This document shows, piece after piece, positions 62,127 to 64,000 of a DNA stretch of 64,000 bases. The stretch is from positions 2,480,001 through 2,544,000 of the forward strand of contig CP158636.1 of the NCBI GenBank assembly GCA_050273025.1, written 5' to 3'. Origin of the DNA: Cenococcum geophilum (taxonomy: Eukaryota). A program made the translations under genes and the position numbers. Under the pieces are notes generated by a model that worked only from the letters and a program-made list of their open reading frames with translations, was not told the DNA's origin and did not search any database. Each line of letters starts with the position of its first letter. The stretch's first letter is position 1.

Positions 62127-63571
62127 TGTTATAAACGCTTTAAGTACGATGTTATAACTACTTGGAGAGAAGTTAGAAGAAGCTAGTTGGTTAATACAAG
62201 CACGGTCTAGGATAGAACCCGTAGAACCATATGACGAGGAATGGTAGCCGAGGTCGCGTAACGTGCTATATATTAAACGTAAGGAATAAGAGGAACTTAC
62301 GTACCTTATATACTATATATACATCACATATAAGGAGGATTTTATAGGAGTACGGTTATGTATTTAAGGACCCTTAGTCCCTATCTAGATAGTTCCTTCC
62401 TTATAGTAATTCTTAGAATACAATTAGAGTTAATCTATTAGGCAACCACTCTACCAGTTATTATTACATTGTTGACTTACTTATAATACCTATATACCTA
62501 GCCTATTAATAAGTCTACTATAGTTCCTACTATAAGGCTCCATTATATAATTACTATTATAGTTACGGTTTTAATAAGTTAAATAACATGCCACTAAAAG
62601 CAGCCACTATGACGCCATTAACGGCGGCAACTACTTTAGGGTTAGGGGGTAATACTAGTATAGCGGATACCGACTTATAACAACCTATAACGGTAGGACA
62701 ATTATAGGAAATAATTAACTAGTTAATAGAAAATAATACAGCACTTAAAAATAAGATTAATGGGATAGGCGCAGTAAAGGTTAAGTTACTATTAATTAAA
62801 AGATTCTTAGGAGAGAGATTAAAGCTTAAAGGATTCCTTATATAAATGCACTTTAAGGTAGTATAGGAAGGAGTAAAGCTAGTAATACCTATAGATCGAA
62901 TAGCGTATGCAGGACTATTCTTAATAGGAAGGGCACTTAAATAGTTTAAGCCCTACCTTATAGAAATATAGGCAAATGGAATAATAACCACAAACTAAAA
63001 AGTATGGTTTGTGTTTTTAAGCTAGGACGGATTTATAGAATAACTTATATAGATATTTAGAGACCTAAAGGCAATAACTATAGTAGAAAGAAAACTCTAA
63101 AACATTATATAATAAACTTTAGTAATTAAGTATACTATATAGTTCCAAATGCTAATAATATAAGTTAAGTGGAATAATAAGGCGCTTATAGCATAGTATA
63201 AATAGGGACTTAAGGCTAAAGTCTAGGACGTAATTATCTTAATAAAAAATGCGGATACCCTAAGGGAACTAATAAATTAAGCAATAAAGATTAATAATAG
63301 GATCTACTAAAGGGAATAAACTAAGAGAGGTTAGAATAGAGTTCTATAGTTATATAAGACATAGAGTATATAACAACTTAAGCTAAACTAGAAAATATAG
63401 TATAGCGTAGAGCTAATAAACCTAAGTAGTACTAAATAAACCTATAAGAAATGGAGTAAGAAACTATAGAAACCTAAAGGTTAAGGATTAAGTAATTATA
63501 GGACTAGGGAGCATAGGCTAAACTAAGGATCTTAGTAGTAGAAGATATTTAAGCGGACTCTATAATAAAAG
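62127..63571 (+). mobile_element. second gypsy element of the same family (5' LTR + gag), interrupted
   Basis: LTR 62127-62547 is an inverted copy of 61231-61655. Gag MPLKAA... starts at 62588 and is colinear with element 1 until 63571. Confidence 0.9.
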
Positions 63572-64000
63572 TAATAAAACTAAACTATATTCTAATAAAG
63601 TATTATCTATAGCTTACCTAATATTATAAACGTCGGTTTATAATTCTATATAAATAAGGAGCTCTTGCTGCACCTGGCCTAAAAAGACTAAAACTAACTA
63701 AAAGAACCCTGAAAAACACCTAGAGAATCCCCCTAAGATGTATGCATCGCAGGGGAGGCATACGTCGAACGACGGTGGCTTGTACTTGTGCGCGACCGCT
63801 AGAACTACGCCTAGTAATGGCCCTCTATAATAAAGACGGGCGAATACTACACCATAAAGTAGAAATACCTCTATTAAAAAGGCATCTAATAAAATATAAA
63901 GCCTATTAGATATATTTAGTATCCAAAATTACGGGGGAGTAACCGTTAGCTATAACGAACTAATATAGCTAGCAGAATGGCTCCGCCAGTCTAGTAAACC
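63572..64000. mobile_element. start of an unrelated element nested in the gypsy-2 gag (runs off the window)
   Basis: Colinearity with gypsy-1 breaks abruptly after ...ctataataaaag. The following sequence begins TA (possibly a RIP-mutated TG LTR start). Confidence 0.55.

Noticed and set aside
1..64000. Alternative genetic code to explain the many TAA/TAG in TE reading frames
   Set aside because: Host genes use the standard code and end in TAA or TGA. The stops are confined to repeats and their neighbours and match RIP.

Overview
Eukaryotic DNA from a filamentous ascomycete (Pezizomycotina, probably Dothideomycete-like; inferred from short GT-AG introns with CTAAC branch sites and strong RIP, i.e. 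CpA>TpA damage). The window has three compartments. (1) About 2.6-31.3 kb is an AT-rich, RIP-damaged block with three different hAT DNA transposons (8-bp TSDs) and two full-length Ty1/copia elements of one family (268-bp LTRs, 5-bp TSDs). These sit inside two dead host genes. (2) About 31.4-53 kb is a gene block: a DUF4078/CCDC174-like gene, HOM6, a small Cys-rich protein, a CE8 pectin methylesterase, a MITE cluster, a DJ-1/PfpI gene, a GH93-like pseudogene, RAD26/CSB and a secreted/membrane protein. (3) About 53-64 kb is a nest of Ty3/gypsy chromoviruses. Main finding: removing three insertions (plus one TSD copy each) and four introns restores one in-frame minus-strand gene (29171->12042, about 930 codons). 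It joins the N-terminus of the Rsp5/Nedd4 ubiquitin ligase (C2 + WW1, intron-containing), through a MIU-like helix, to a fungal Ser/Thr kinase in place of WW2-3/HECT. It is now a pseudogene. Second, each copia LTR carries 4-5 clustered ACGCGT (MCB-like) boxes. All calls come from manual reading and translation; no database searches were run.
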